Shown: piece by piece, positions 47,601-55,232 of the stretch
Position numbering within the stretch: position 1 is the stretch's first letter
Layout of the letters: each line of letters opens with the position of its first letter
From: Candidatus Micrarchaeota archaeon
Lineage (GTDB): Archaea; Iainarchaeota; Iainarchaeia; Iainarchaeales; JAGVWC01
Direction of reading: 5' to 3'
NCBI GenBank assembly: GCA_043803815.1
Contig: JAZDJR010000018.1
Coordinates: 55,730 to 119,729, forward strand
DNA length: 64,000 nucleotides
The notes under the pieces: generated by a model
Seen by the model: the letters and a program-made list of their open reading frames with translations, nothing else
Database searches by the model: none
Told to the model about the DNA's origin: nothing
Made by a program: the position numbers and the translations under genes

Positions 47601-48830
47601 AGCCGCAAAACGCAGGATATGCTGGCTTTGCAAAAGCAAAACGGTTTCTCGTCCGACCAATACCTGCAGGCGGCCGAAAACGCGCAAAATCGCATCGGCG
47701 AACTGCAAAACCGGACGGTTTCGGAACTAAAAAAAGAAGGGTATGCCAATGCCGCCAAAATGATTGAAGCCCAAATCCGCGAAGCCCAAAGCTGGCTTGT
47801 CCAGGGAGAACTTGCGTTTGAAAGCCACAATTACAATTCCGCCGTCGTATTAGCGCTCAAAGCGGTAAACGCGCTTAACACGGCAAACGCCAAAATATCC
47901 GCCGAATTTGACGCATCACTCAAAGAACTGCAAAAAAAAGCCGACCAAGCGCTGGTTCAATTACAAAAAAAACCAAGTGCGGAAACGGTCCAAACACAAA
48001 AAACGGTTTCCGATTCGTTAAGCCGCCTAAAGCTTGCGATGAACGCGGGCAATCCAAGTGAAATTTTAGCCGCATTAAACGAAACCAAACAAGCTATCGC
48101 AAATGCCGAACAGCAGGCAAGCGAACAAATCGCCCTGCAAGTACAGGACCAAAAAAAACTCGCCGCAGATATTCTAAAACAATTGGACTCTGCTACTCTC
48201 CAAAACAGGATTCAAAAACTGGCCAAAGAAGCCGGGCAATTCGACTCGGCTGAGCTGGTCAAAACCGGAATCTGGCTGACTTTATCCAAAACCGAACTGG
48301 AAAAACTCCAAGCCGACCTTGAAAAACTTTTTTCGAAAAAAGACCAAAGCCAATTAAAACTTTTTTTGGATTCCAATAACCTCGACTCGAATACGAACAA
48401 AATAATCGAGGCATTCCAAGCCCAGTTTTCCAAAAAACTGGGGCAGTTCGGCCAAATCAAAAGCCAAATCGACGATTTCGAATCAAACCTAAAGCAAAAC
48501 GCGGGAATCGAACTGGAAAAAGCCAAAGCCCTTGCCGAACAAAACGGATTGAACAGCAGCCAAACCAAGTCCCTGTTTGAAGCCGACCAGGCATTCCAAA
48601 ACGAGGAATACCTGACCGGTTGGTATTACGCCAAAAAAATCACGTTGGCAGGCAAAAACAACGCCACGGGCTTTTTCAGCCTTCCAGCCGGAATTCCCGC
48701 GGTGATATACCCAATTATCGGCGTTATCCTAATCGGCGGAATCCTAAAGCTCCGCAAAAAAAAGAATTCCGAAGAGGAAACCAAAAAGCCGGCCAAAATC
48801 AAAATCGAGCGCGTCAAAACGGATATCTGA
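44652..48830 (+). CDS. Giant (~1390 aa) coiled-coil/beta surface lipoprotein with a C-terminal TM segment
   Basis: Lipobox-like FFSG-C, Cys-paired helical N-terminal half, beta-rich middle, Ala/Gln-rich coiled coil, TM followed by LRKKK. Confidence 0.8.
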   Translation: MLPKSKNGIETFLILLLIIFFSGCLFSSEDQIQARFACLGLSSQAFAWVPDCGNQFQCFQKAHGQLFDFEYSVLSLESRQAIDRYQNSLAKSWLFFNKSRDDLKKLQEACGSLEDFSQWPSLVNQINQDLANAFLASDESGQNAFAVVLVLKNELQEDQIGQIKEEKIFADWIELQENANAFQSHSASNPQSLAGRLFSAQQRMANMTEQYGIGPKLVSSQNLMGVLPQHKKEILDQLPKTNPFFPVIGSMAIDLARTISQGQLAGNSIASLQTFPVYSFFEVFSEINGTDHSIAKELSGMVSDTVQNKSELIGQNQKTKNRIEKALGETEQRLSELQSRQNGFESKTDFFALLKQLPLQTGFAPQGFSVNDVSNAIPKLSEKRGELYRDFIRLQLDAATGKITLGRQTKTLKEMEQRQASLNDNIDFIQNRLGNGLSALCAERLQAITASLKKINPDSDTKIELVAKTRFFIGEFKKSTAVLEQLSDCSQAIKSFNSLQLFDQNQAAFVAKQNSELGGCRSFLKTVFEKNPPELSDLQIQWDQFVQNQANMSIEDARNRCNQLQSATAQRVMQSPDFVQLVQAFGSARTYYSGIQKLNFYLKTQVPTAEIQNRLEKLSEFFPNNVAAVEKIAGNETDILHNADLFLSLSKQRFSEALSDALAETVEIQSASEQVVIANQAQNTLHQIVFFNPTTIAWNEPILVEIPGEFLNSVLLEKSPNIEGVQSQDKKLRIRFSAVPPGVSQATVQSEFWPTTTEEDEFFRPAEYFVWSQKKIFIQLPSQIGRLQIQTNLGQLPVNSVVVLFHRTEIPFDLQGQSIRFELQNVSPNEFATVFFGVQNPVLVQLETTADETGIRMRGTVQNRLAAKLEKIQINIPMPGGFFENITAELDGKKISVQDFSGQSQIEIPALEPKQTATLQVAAATDNAALAVEAVFNQTKQTLEQIALDPNPKIKNQAEELLVQLLKISDFSNSTAAKTIFEISRKTQDMLALQKQNGFSSDQYLQAAENAQNRIGELQNRTVSELKKEGYANAAKMIEAQIREAQSWLVQGELAFESHNYNSAVVLALKAVNALNTANAKISAEFDASLKELQKKADQALVQLQKKPSAETVQTQKTVSDSLSRLKLAMNAGNPSEILAALNETKQAIANAEQQASEQIALQVQDQKKLAADILKQLDSATLQNRIQKLAKEAGQFDSAELVKTGIWLTLSKTELEKLQADLEKLFSKKDQSQLKLFLDSNNLDSNTNKIIEAFQAQFSKKLGQFGQIKSQIDDFESNLKQNAGIELEKAKALAEQNGLNSSQTKSLFEADQAFQNEEYLTGWYYAKKITLAGKNNATGFFSLPAGIPAVIYPIIGVILIGGILKLRKKKNSEEETKKPAKIKIERVKTDI

Positions 48831-48854
48831 CGCCTATTTTTTCAAAACTGGACT

Positions 48855-48880
48855 GTAGTGAAAAAGTAGTGAAATTTAAA
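48855..48880 (+). promoter_or_regulatory. Tandem direct repeat abutting a TATA-like box; candidate operator of the DUF4258/YgiT-AbrB pair
   Basis: GTAGTGAAA at 48855 and 48866 (11-bp period), followed by TTTAAA. Confidence 0.45.
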
Positions 48881-48891
48881 AGGGGTTTGAT

Positions 48892-49188
48892 ATGGAAATT
48901 GAATGGAAGTATCACGCCAGAACGCGGTTCTGGGAAAGAATCGCCTGTTTTGACATCGACAAAGCAGAAGCCGAATTTGAAATCAAAAAGCAAACGGTTC
49001 GTTTCATACAGCCCGAAACCAATACCATTAAAACAATCTTTGAAGTCAGGGGAAAGATTTTAACAGTTATCAAAAAAGAAACAAGAAATCGTATCGAAAT
49101 TGTTTCCGTTTGGGAAGCCAACCCGGAGGAAGTGAAAATATGGACACAAAAACGAGGAAATGCATGTGCGGCGGAACCGCGGTGTTAA
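48892..49188 (+). CDS. DUF4258-like (RelE/BrnT-fold) putative toxin
   Basis: WKYHARTRFWER...ILTVI...IEIVSVW; upstream of a YgiT-type zinc-finger gene. Confidence 0.65.
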   Translation: MEIEWKYHARTRFWERIACFDIDKAEAEFEIKKQTVRFIQPETNTIKTIFEVRGKILTVIKKETRNRIEIVSVWEANPEEVKIWTQKRGNACAAEPRC

Positions 49189-49472
49189 AGTTCAATGATC
49201 TCAAACTGTTTGACGGGAAACTCGTTCTCAAGGACCAGCCATATTACCAATGTACCCGTTGCGGCGAAGAATATGTTACCTCGGAACAAATGGGAAAGCA
49301 AGAACCCAAGGTCCGCGCTTTTTTAGGGCTTGAACGAAAATTCATTTCCACCGGCGGTTCGGTCGGACTGACATTTCCGCCGCTTATCGCCAAGCAGCAG
49401 GGAATCAAAAAAGGCGGAAAATTCCGCCTCGTCATAGAAAGCCCGAAAAAAGTCGCCATCGTACTGGAGTGA
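49140..49472 (+). CDS. Putative antitoxin: YgiT/MqsA-type zinc finger fused to an AbrB/MazE DNA-binding domain
   Basis: KCMCGG...LKDQPYYQCTRCGEEY, then RKFISTGGSVGLTFPPLIAKQQGIKKG; SD GGAGG. Confidence 0.8.
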   Translation: MDTKTRKCMCGGTAVLKFNDLKLFDGKLVLKDQPYYQCTRCGEEYVTSEQMGKQEPKVRAFLGLERKFISTGGSVGLTFPPLIAKQQGIKKGGKFRLVIESPKKVAIVLE

Positions 49473-49524
49473 AAGAAAAAGCTTTTCCCCCAACGCGAGG
49501 AACCTAATTGACCAAAAGTGCAAA

Positions 49525-49779
49525 TCAGGATGGGGAATATCTTTGTTTTAAAGCGAGTATCATCCTAACGAGCGCTGTTTCATCAACATTTCGACGGCCG
49601 TGTGCAAATTTTTCTCTTAATGGTTCTATTTTAGCATTCCAAACGCCTTCAGGTATTTCATGGAAGAAATCTTACCTCAGGCTACGATGCAATGCATATT
49701 GGTTGATTAAATGACGGACGCTTAGCCGTCTCGCGGAATCAGGAAACCTTCTTAGTGAGAGTGATATTCGCTTGCGCAT
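49525..49779 (-). pseudogene. Possible orphan ORF broken by one in-frame TAA (49672-49674)
   Basis: MRKRISLSLRRFPDSARRLSVRHLINQYALHRSLR*DFFHEIPEGVWNAKIEPLREKFAHGRRNVDETALVRMILALKQRYSPS* fills an otherwise empty AT-richer gap. Confidence 0.35.
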
Positions 49780-49916
49780 ATCTCAAGTATGCCAACCCAA
49801 AATATAAAACTTCGCATTGACTTGAATGCCATGCATTCCATTGTAGACAAAAGGGGCTAATTGGCAACAACAAAGAAAAACAAAATCTTATGAATCTATC
49901 CAGCCAAAAATAGGGT

Positions 49917-50465
49917 ATGCCTTCACGCCCGCCATTTGGAAAAATGATTTCAAATCCGGCTTACGCTGGCCCGGACCGCCGGATTGGACGCCAAAGAAAA
50001 AAAGAACGGCGAGGACAAGGTTTTCGGAAACGATGGCTAAACAGAGTTTGGGTTTTCCGGCCGGTTACCCCAAAGGATTTGGGACGAATGCAACCGATTG
50101 CAGCCCTTATGGACTGGCAAAGGCGACCCGCGTTTTTGGGGCTTGAACAGCATGTGCAGCAAGCCAAGGCGCTCTTTGAAAAAGACGTATGGAACAAAAT
50201 GAAAGAATTCGGAATTCGCAGGGAACAAGCCATTCAACGGCTTGTCAAAGGGAAAGGATACTATTTTCACTATTTTTCATTGCCAACGGATTTGCCAATC
50301 ACAAACCGGAGTTTGCTTGAGCCAAGCATCACCCACTTTCTGCTGGCATACGAACCAAAAAAAGACCAATTCTTTTGGGCATCCAGCCGCCGGCAACCCA
50401 CGGGAAGAGAACGCCGGAAACCCGCGGGCAAAATACTGGTTCGAAACCTTGCAAAACCCCACTGA
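49917..50465 (+). CDS. Basic orphan protein with Pro/Arg-rich N-terminus
   Basis: MPSRPP...GPDRRIGRQRKKERRG and C-terminal RRQPTGRERRK; no recognisable family. Confidence 0.6.
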   Translation: MPSRPPFGKMISNPAYAGPDRRIGRQRKKERRGQGFRKRWLNRVWVFRPVTPKDLGRMQPIAALMDWQRRPAFLGLEQHVQQAKALFEKDVWNKMKEFGIRREQAIQRLVKGKGYYFHYFSLPTDLPITNRSLLEPSITHFLLAYEPKKDQFFWASSRRQPTGRERRKPAGKILVRNLAKPH

Positions 50466-50470
50466 AGATT

Positions 50471-51619
50471 TTACTTTTCTTTTTTCGGCTTTTTTTGTTT
50501 TAGTTTTTCTTTTCGCGCGTTCCATTTCGCCATGTGTTTGTCCTGTTCGGCGTAAGCTGTGGGAAACAATTCGCGAAAAGGAATAATCGTAGATTTGTTT
50601 TTCCATTCGGGGGAAACCAACAGGCAAACGAAGCTGTCCTTGTCTTCGGTTTTGTAAGTGTATCCCAAGTGTTCGGCGATTTGTTTGGCAAAGGTTTGCA
50701 CTTCTTCAAAAGTCGGCATTGCGGTTTCAGGCAATCGGTACTGGGAAAACCCGACGTGGACATAGCCTTTGACTTCGACAAAATCGGGCTTTCCTTTGGC
50801 GATTAATTCGGCAAATTCTTCGGGGTGATTCATATTTTTTCCCTTCACGCACGTAATTCGGATTACTTTTCGCGTTTTTATTTTGGGCAACAGTTCAATC
50901 GAGCGGTTTAACCGTTCCCACGAGTCCGCAAAGTCGGGCTTGTTCAATTCCAAATGCGATTCTTTTTTCGAGGTGTCAACGGAAAGGTAAAGCTGCGTTG
51001 GCGGGGATTGGATTAATTTTTCAATTGTCTCCGGATGCAGGCCGTTGGAAACGACAAACGTGGAAATTCCTTTGGAATGGTACTCAAAAATCAGTTCGGC
51101 AAGGAGCGGATACAGGGTAGGTTCTCCGGTTAGGGAAATGGCCACGTGCTTGGGCAGTTTGGACTGTTCGAGTTTGACTAAGTCGATGTTGGGAAAACCG
51201 CCGAATCCCGATAACTGGACGAGTTGACCGCGAATGCTTTCAGAAACGATTTCGTCCGGCTTGTCAAAGATTTCTTTGGAGGATAAACCGGGGGTTACTG
51301 TTCCTTTTTTGGAGCCGCTTTGAATCAAGCATTCCCCGTTGGGCTGGTTTTTGAGGGAATCCATTTTTGGAATAAAGGTATGCGTTGGGCGCCAGCAGTA
51401 CACGCATTTTTGGTCGCAAAAAGTCGAGGCGGGACTCATTTGGATGCATTGGTGGCTTTGGATGCCGTAAAATTTCTGCTTGTAGCATACCTTTTGGCTG
51501 CGCAGGGCCTGTTTGGTGTAATGGCAGGTCTTGACACAGGAGTGGCCGAACAAAAAATAGCCCTGTTTTTTGAGCAATTCGATTGTCTTTTCCGGCACGA
51601 ATTCTTCAACGGAATGCAT
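50471..51619 (-). CDS. taw1: Radical SAM 4-demethylwyosine synthase (tRNA modification)
   Basis: HSCVKTCHYT, CYKQKFYGIQSHQCIQMSP, CDQKCVYCWR, AISLTGEPTLYP, FVEVKGYVHVG. Confidence 0.95.
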   Translation of the reverse strand: MHSVEEFVPEKTIELLKKQGYFLFGHSCVKTCHYTKQALRSQKVCYKQKFYGIQSHQCIQMSPASTFCDQKCVYCWRPTHTFIPKMDSLKNQPNGECLIQSGSKKGTVTPGLSSKEIFDKPDEIVSESIRGQLVQLSGFGGFPNIDLVKLEQSKLPKHVAISLTGEPTLYPLLAELIFEYHSKGISTFVVSNGLHPETIEKLIQSPPTQLYLSVDTSKKESHLELNKPDFADSWERLNRSIELLPKIKTRKVIRITCVKGKNMNHPEEFAELIAKGKPDFVEVKGYVHVGFSQYRLPETAMPTFEEVQTFAKQIAEHLGYTYKTEDKDSFVCLLVSPEWKNKSTIIPFRELFPTAYAEQDKHMAKWNARKEKLKQKKPKKEK

Positions 51620-51818
51620 GAAATAAGTCCCTTAAAAAGAGTTAAAAAATCGGTTCTCCCAAAACCCAAAAACAACGCCTTTGCTTTGTTATATAGAAGT
51701 GCTATTCAGGGACAAAATTAATTTTCCAAGGGGGTTTGGGATTTCTTCAGTTATGTAGGGTAGGCCAAGGAATAGGTTTAAATAGCCGTTTTGATGTTAT
51801 TGAATCGGTGATTTTTTC

Positions 51819-52091
51819 ATGTACAAGTATACGATTGCCCGACAGTTGGCTACCAAACGCGTTATAACAAACCGCGGAGACGAAGTAGGAAAACTCAGCG
51901 ATTTGTTGGTGAACGAAGTTACCGGCGAAATCGAGTCTTTGGTCGTTGAAATTGACCGCGAAAGCAAAGTCATTCGACGCATTAACCCCAAAGAACGCGT
52001 CATGCAGATTCCATATTCTGCCGTTACCGCCGTCAGCGACGTGTTCATTGTCGACGAACGCGAACTAGCCGCCGCCGCAGGCGTTGAGTAA
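51819..52091 (+). CDS. PRC-barrel domain protein (CdpB-like cell division factor)
   Basis: KRVITNRGDEVGKLSDLLVNEVTGEIESLVV...IPYSAVTAVSDVFIV. Confidence 0.85.
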   Translation: MYKYTIARQLATKRVITNRGDEVGKLSDLLVNEVTGEIESLVVEIDRESKVIRRINPKERVMQIPYSAVTAVSDVFIVDERELAAAAGVE

Positions 52092-52103
52092 AAAAAAAAT
52101 CGG

Positions 52104-53237
52104 TTATAATAATTCTACTACAAGCCGGTTTTTTTTAAAGTCAAGGCTTACGACTTTTTGAGCGCTGTTCGAACCCTGCTTAGCCGCACGGCTGAATTTT
52201 TCCATCGCGTCTTTTTCGGAAAAACCGTTTTGTTTGGCGGTTTTGGCCGCGGCCAAGATTTCTTTTACTTGCGCGTAATGCGAAAAAATCGCTTCTCCGA
52301 TTTGGGTGTGTTCTGCTGCTTTTTGTTCGAGTTCACTTCTCGTTTTTTGCTGTTCAATCAGCGATTTTTCCAGCTGCAGGACGCGCTTGGAAACGGGTTT
52401 TGTTTCCGCTGGTTTTTCAAAGCGGCTGCAATAGTCGTCGTCAAGTGCCTTGGAAAACGACTCGACGGATTCAAATTCCGCTTTTTTTTCCGCGGCAATC
52501 AAAGGCAGTTCGAAGGGGAGCAGTACGTTGGGTTCGGTTTTGAGCAGTACGGGTTCGGCTTTCATTTTTTCCGAGAAAAAATTTTTTAGATTTTCCAATA
52601 CACTTTTTATTTCGACTTGGCCAAGTTCTTTGGCGTTTTTTTCCTTGGGGACTTTGGATTGCAACACTGCTTCTTCGGCAAGCAGGGCATACACATTTAG
52701 TTTTTCAACTAATGCGGGAACGATTTTTTTTTCGGATTCGGAAAACAGTTTTTCCAGTTTTATTGCGGTTATTTCCTGCAAAACGCTTTGCGAGGAAGGC
52801 GGCTTGTAGGTTTCGCCTTTGGAAATTTTGCGGTCTTTCCATTCTTCCTTGGCAAGCGAGGTTTCGATTATGCCATCAGAGTTTACCAGAATAATATTTC
52901 CTTTGGCGAACATTTCGCAGACCACGGAAAAATGTTCGAATTGGATTTGCAATATGCGGTCAGAGTTGACCTGCTTTATGGTTGCTATTTTTTTTCCTTC
53001 GAGATGTTTTTTCAAAAACTCGACTAAAAACTGGATGTCTTCGGTTGAGGGATAGCGATGGTTTGTGATAAAAACCGCAGCCGTAGAAACGACGAGTTCA
53101 GCAGAGCCGGAGTTGGTGAGCAGCTTGAACTTGAGTTCCTGCGGACCGATGGCCTGTATTTTGGTTACTCTGGCACCTGCAATCGAGGCGTTGAGTTCGT
53201 CAACTAAAAACTTAAGGGTTACGTTGGGAACTTGCAT
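52104..53237 (-). CDS. NFACT/Rqc2 (RqcH) family protein, C-terminally shortened
   Basis: LVDELN..I.GARVTKI, DRILQI, CEMFAKGNIILVN, R.I..GETYKPP, SFSKALDDY, coiled coil; no NFACT-R motif seen. Confidence 0.85.
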   Translation of the reverse strand: MQVPNVTLKFLVDELNASIAGARVTKIQAIGPQELKFKLLTNSGSAELVVSTAAVFITNHRYPSTEDIQFLVEFLKKHLEGKKIATIKQVNSDRILQIQFEHFSVVCEMFAKGNIILVNSDGIIETSLAKEEWKDRKISKGETYKPPSSQSVLQEITAIKLEKLFSESEKKIVPALVEKLNVYALLAEEAVLQSKVPKEKNAKELGQVEIKSVLENLKNFFSEKMKAEPVLLKTEPNVLLPFELPLIAAEKKAEFESVESFSKALDDDYCSRFEKPAETKPVSKRVLQLEKSLIEQQKTRSELEQKAAEHTQIGEAIFSHYAQVKEILAAAKTAKQNGFSEKDAMEKFSRAAKQGSNSAQKVVSLDFKKNRLVVELL

Positions 53238-53288
53238 GCTAAAATAAGCGAATGAGCCCAATTAAATCCGACCCAACTGCTACATAAT

Positions 53289-53900
53289 TTAATCTTGGCT
53301 TTTGGGTTTATCCAAAAGCGCCTGAAAAATTGTCAGAACCTGTTTTTTGGTTTGGCCGATGTCGCTGTCATTGTCCACTAAAAAATCCGCTTTTTCTTTT
53401 TTAAAACTCAGGGGCAGCTGGTTTTGGATGCGCTGGTTGATTTCAATAGCGGATAAGTGGCGGTTTTTCCCGATTCGATTGAGCACGTTTTTTTCGGAAG
53501 CGGTCACCACGACGATTTTGTCAAAGTATTTTTGCCAGTTTACTTCAAACAAAAGCGGAATATCCACCACGACTAAACCGTCAAAGTTTCTTTTGGCGGA
53601 CTGAATTCTTTTTTGGGTTTCAACCAATACTTCGGGGTGAACGCATTCGTTGAGTTTGTACAGGGCTGCTTTGTCCTTGAACACGAGCGCGGCAAGCTTT
53701 GAGCGGTTTAAGGAGCGGTCCGCGTTTAAGACGGTTTTTCCGAATTCCGCGACGATTTTTTGCCACGCCGGCTGGCCTGGCTCTTCCAGTTCGTAAACGA
53801 TTTCGTCAACGTCGATTACTTTGACCCCGCAATCGGCCAATAAGTGGGACACCGTTGTTTTGCCGGTTCCGAATCCGCCGGTTACTGCAATCACAGGCAT
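53289..53900 (-). CDS. coaE: Dephospho-CoA kinase, bacterial CoaE type
   Basis: AVTGGFGTGKTTV, IDVDEIV, LNRSKLAALVF, LNECVHP, VDIPLLFE, RIQNQLP, ADFLVDN. Confidence 0.9.
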   Translation of the reverse strand: MPVIAVTGGFGTGKTTVSHLLADCGVKVIDVDEIVYELEEPGQPAWQKIVAEFGKTVLNADRSLNRSKLAALVFKDKAALYKLNECVHPEVLVETQKRIQSAKRNFDGLVVVDIPLLFEVNWQKYFDKIVVVTASEKNVLNRIGKNRHLSAIEINQRIQNQLPLSFKKEKADFLVDNDSDIGQTKKQVLTIFQALLDKPKSQD

Positions 53901-53942
53901 AGCAATCATTTACCAAAAAAACCCCATATTAATCTTTGGTCT

Positions 53943-54203
53943 TCAAAAAAGGGTTATTTTCGAATCGGTTCCAAAACCCCGGGTTTTTTTTTCGCCCGGT
54001 TCTTTGGAATCGGCTTTTAGATTCAACCGAAGCGGAGTTCGGTGTTGGAGAGGCCACGTTAAACCGCCAGTCCGCAAATTCAAGGAGATGTCGTCGGTCC
54101 AGTCCTTTTGCTTGGCGGTTTTTTTGCAGTATTATTCGAGTTGTTTTGGGTATATTCCGCGAATGCCATGGGCTTTGAGAATGGAGGAATCGATTTTGAG
54201 CAT
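53943..54203 (-). pseudogene. Collapsed phosphomannomutase/phosphoglucomutase (ManB/CpsG-like) relic
   Basis: N-terminal MLKIDSSILKAHGIRGIYPKQLE* joined to C-terminal DDIS[fs]EFADWRFNV[fs]LSNTE[fs]PLRLNLKADSKE. Confidence 0.8.
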
Positions 54204-54323
54204 TAAAATAACGCTTTTTTTGGGGAAGTAAAGAATTGCGGTGGAATGCCGTTATTTTTTTCGGGAAAAAGCCAAAACAAACCTTTAAAATACTAAATTT
54301 CGATTTAATAAGGGTGAATCAGT

Positions 54324-54743
54324 TTGGTGGAAGATAAAATTCAGGTTCAGGAACCAATCGACGATGTTTCGTCGATGTGGACAAAAATGGTTGCTTTTTT
54401 CAGGGATTTATTCAAGGACCGCAGCCACCGCGATTTGAAGCGGACATACGGCTCGGAGTGCGCGCGCGTAATGCTTCGCGAAGTGAATCATCCCGATTTG
54501 TATTTTCAGCTCAAAAACGGCGTGGTGCTGAAAAGCCTGTGCGATTTAAGCGATACCCTGCCTCACGTGGACAATGAAACGTTTTTGTATCACATGCGCG
54601 AAAAGCAAAACGATTTTTCGGTCTGGGTGCGCGATGTAATCGGCGACGCGACTCTGGCCAACAAGCTGGAATTGCTGGACGACAGGGAAGACATGGGCCG
54701 CGCTGTCGGTGTCCGCGTGGACTGGTTTAAGCGGCGCTTGTAA
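54324..54743 (+). CDS. DUF5752-like domain protein
   Basis: YFQLKNGVVLKSLCDL...DNETFLYHM..KQNDFSVWVRDVIGDATLA. Confidence 0.7.
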   Translation: MVEDKIQVQEPIDDVSSMWTKMVAFFRDLFKDRSHRDLKRTYGSECARVMLREVNHPDLYFQLKNGVVLKSLCDLSDTLPHVDNETFLYHMREKQNDFSVWVRDVIGDATLANKLELLDDREDMGRAVGVRVDWFKRRL

Positions 54744-54769
54744 AAAAAGAATTTTTTTTGGTTTAACCT

Positions 54770-55096
54770 ATGTCGCAAAAACTTACGGCTCTTCAGGAAA
54801 TGGTGCTCGTTCATCTTGTGGGCGGCGCCAAGACCATCGAAGAGTTGCGCGGGGTAACCAACGCGAATTATGCGGACCTGGTTTCGTGCATGCGTTCCTT
54901 GGTGATTGAAAAAGTTTTGGACAAAAAAAAAGGGTTTCCGACCAAATACCGCATCGCTGAAGATTCCCTGTTTTTGGCCAAAAAACTGCGCGCAAAACTG
55001 GACATGAGCGATTTATTGACCGACCCGTGTTCGGTTCAGGGAGCGCCTTTGGTGATGACCAAAACCGCGGCGAATTCCAGGGCATATTCGAAATAA
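54770..55096 (+). CDS. Small winged-helix-like hypothetical protein
   Basis: GAKTIEELRGVT...LVSCMRSLVIEKVLDKKKGFPTKYRI. Confidence 0.55.
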   Translation: MSQKLTALQEMVLVHLVGGAKTIEELRGVTNANYADLVSCMRSLVIEKVLDKKKGFPTKYRIAEDSLFLAKKLRAKLDMSDLLTDPCSVQGAPLVMTKTAANSRAYSK

Positions 55097-55232
55097 AAAC
55101 CAAAATTTGCACCCTGTTTTAGTTTTCAATTTTTTGAATTCAAATTTTGCCTTTTTGATTCGATTAAGACTGTTTTTACCCGCTTTTGGCAATGCCAAAA
55201 GTTAATAAAAAAGACTTTTCTTATTCTTGTGG

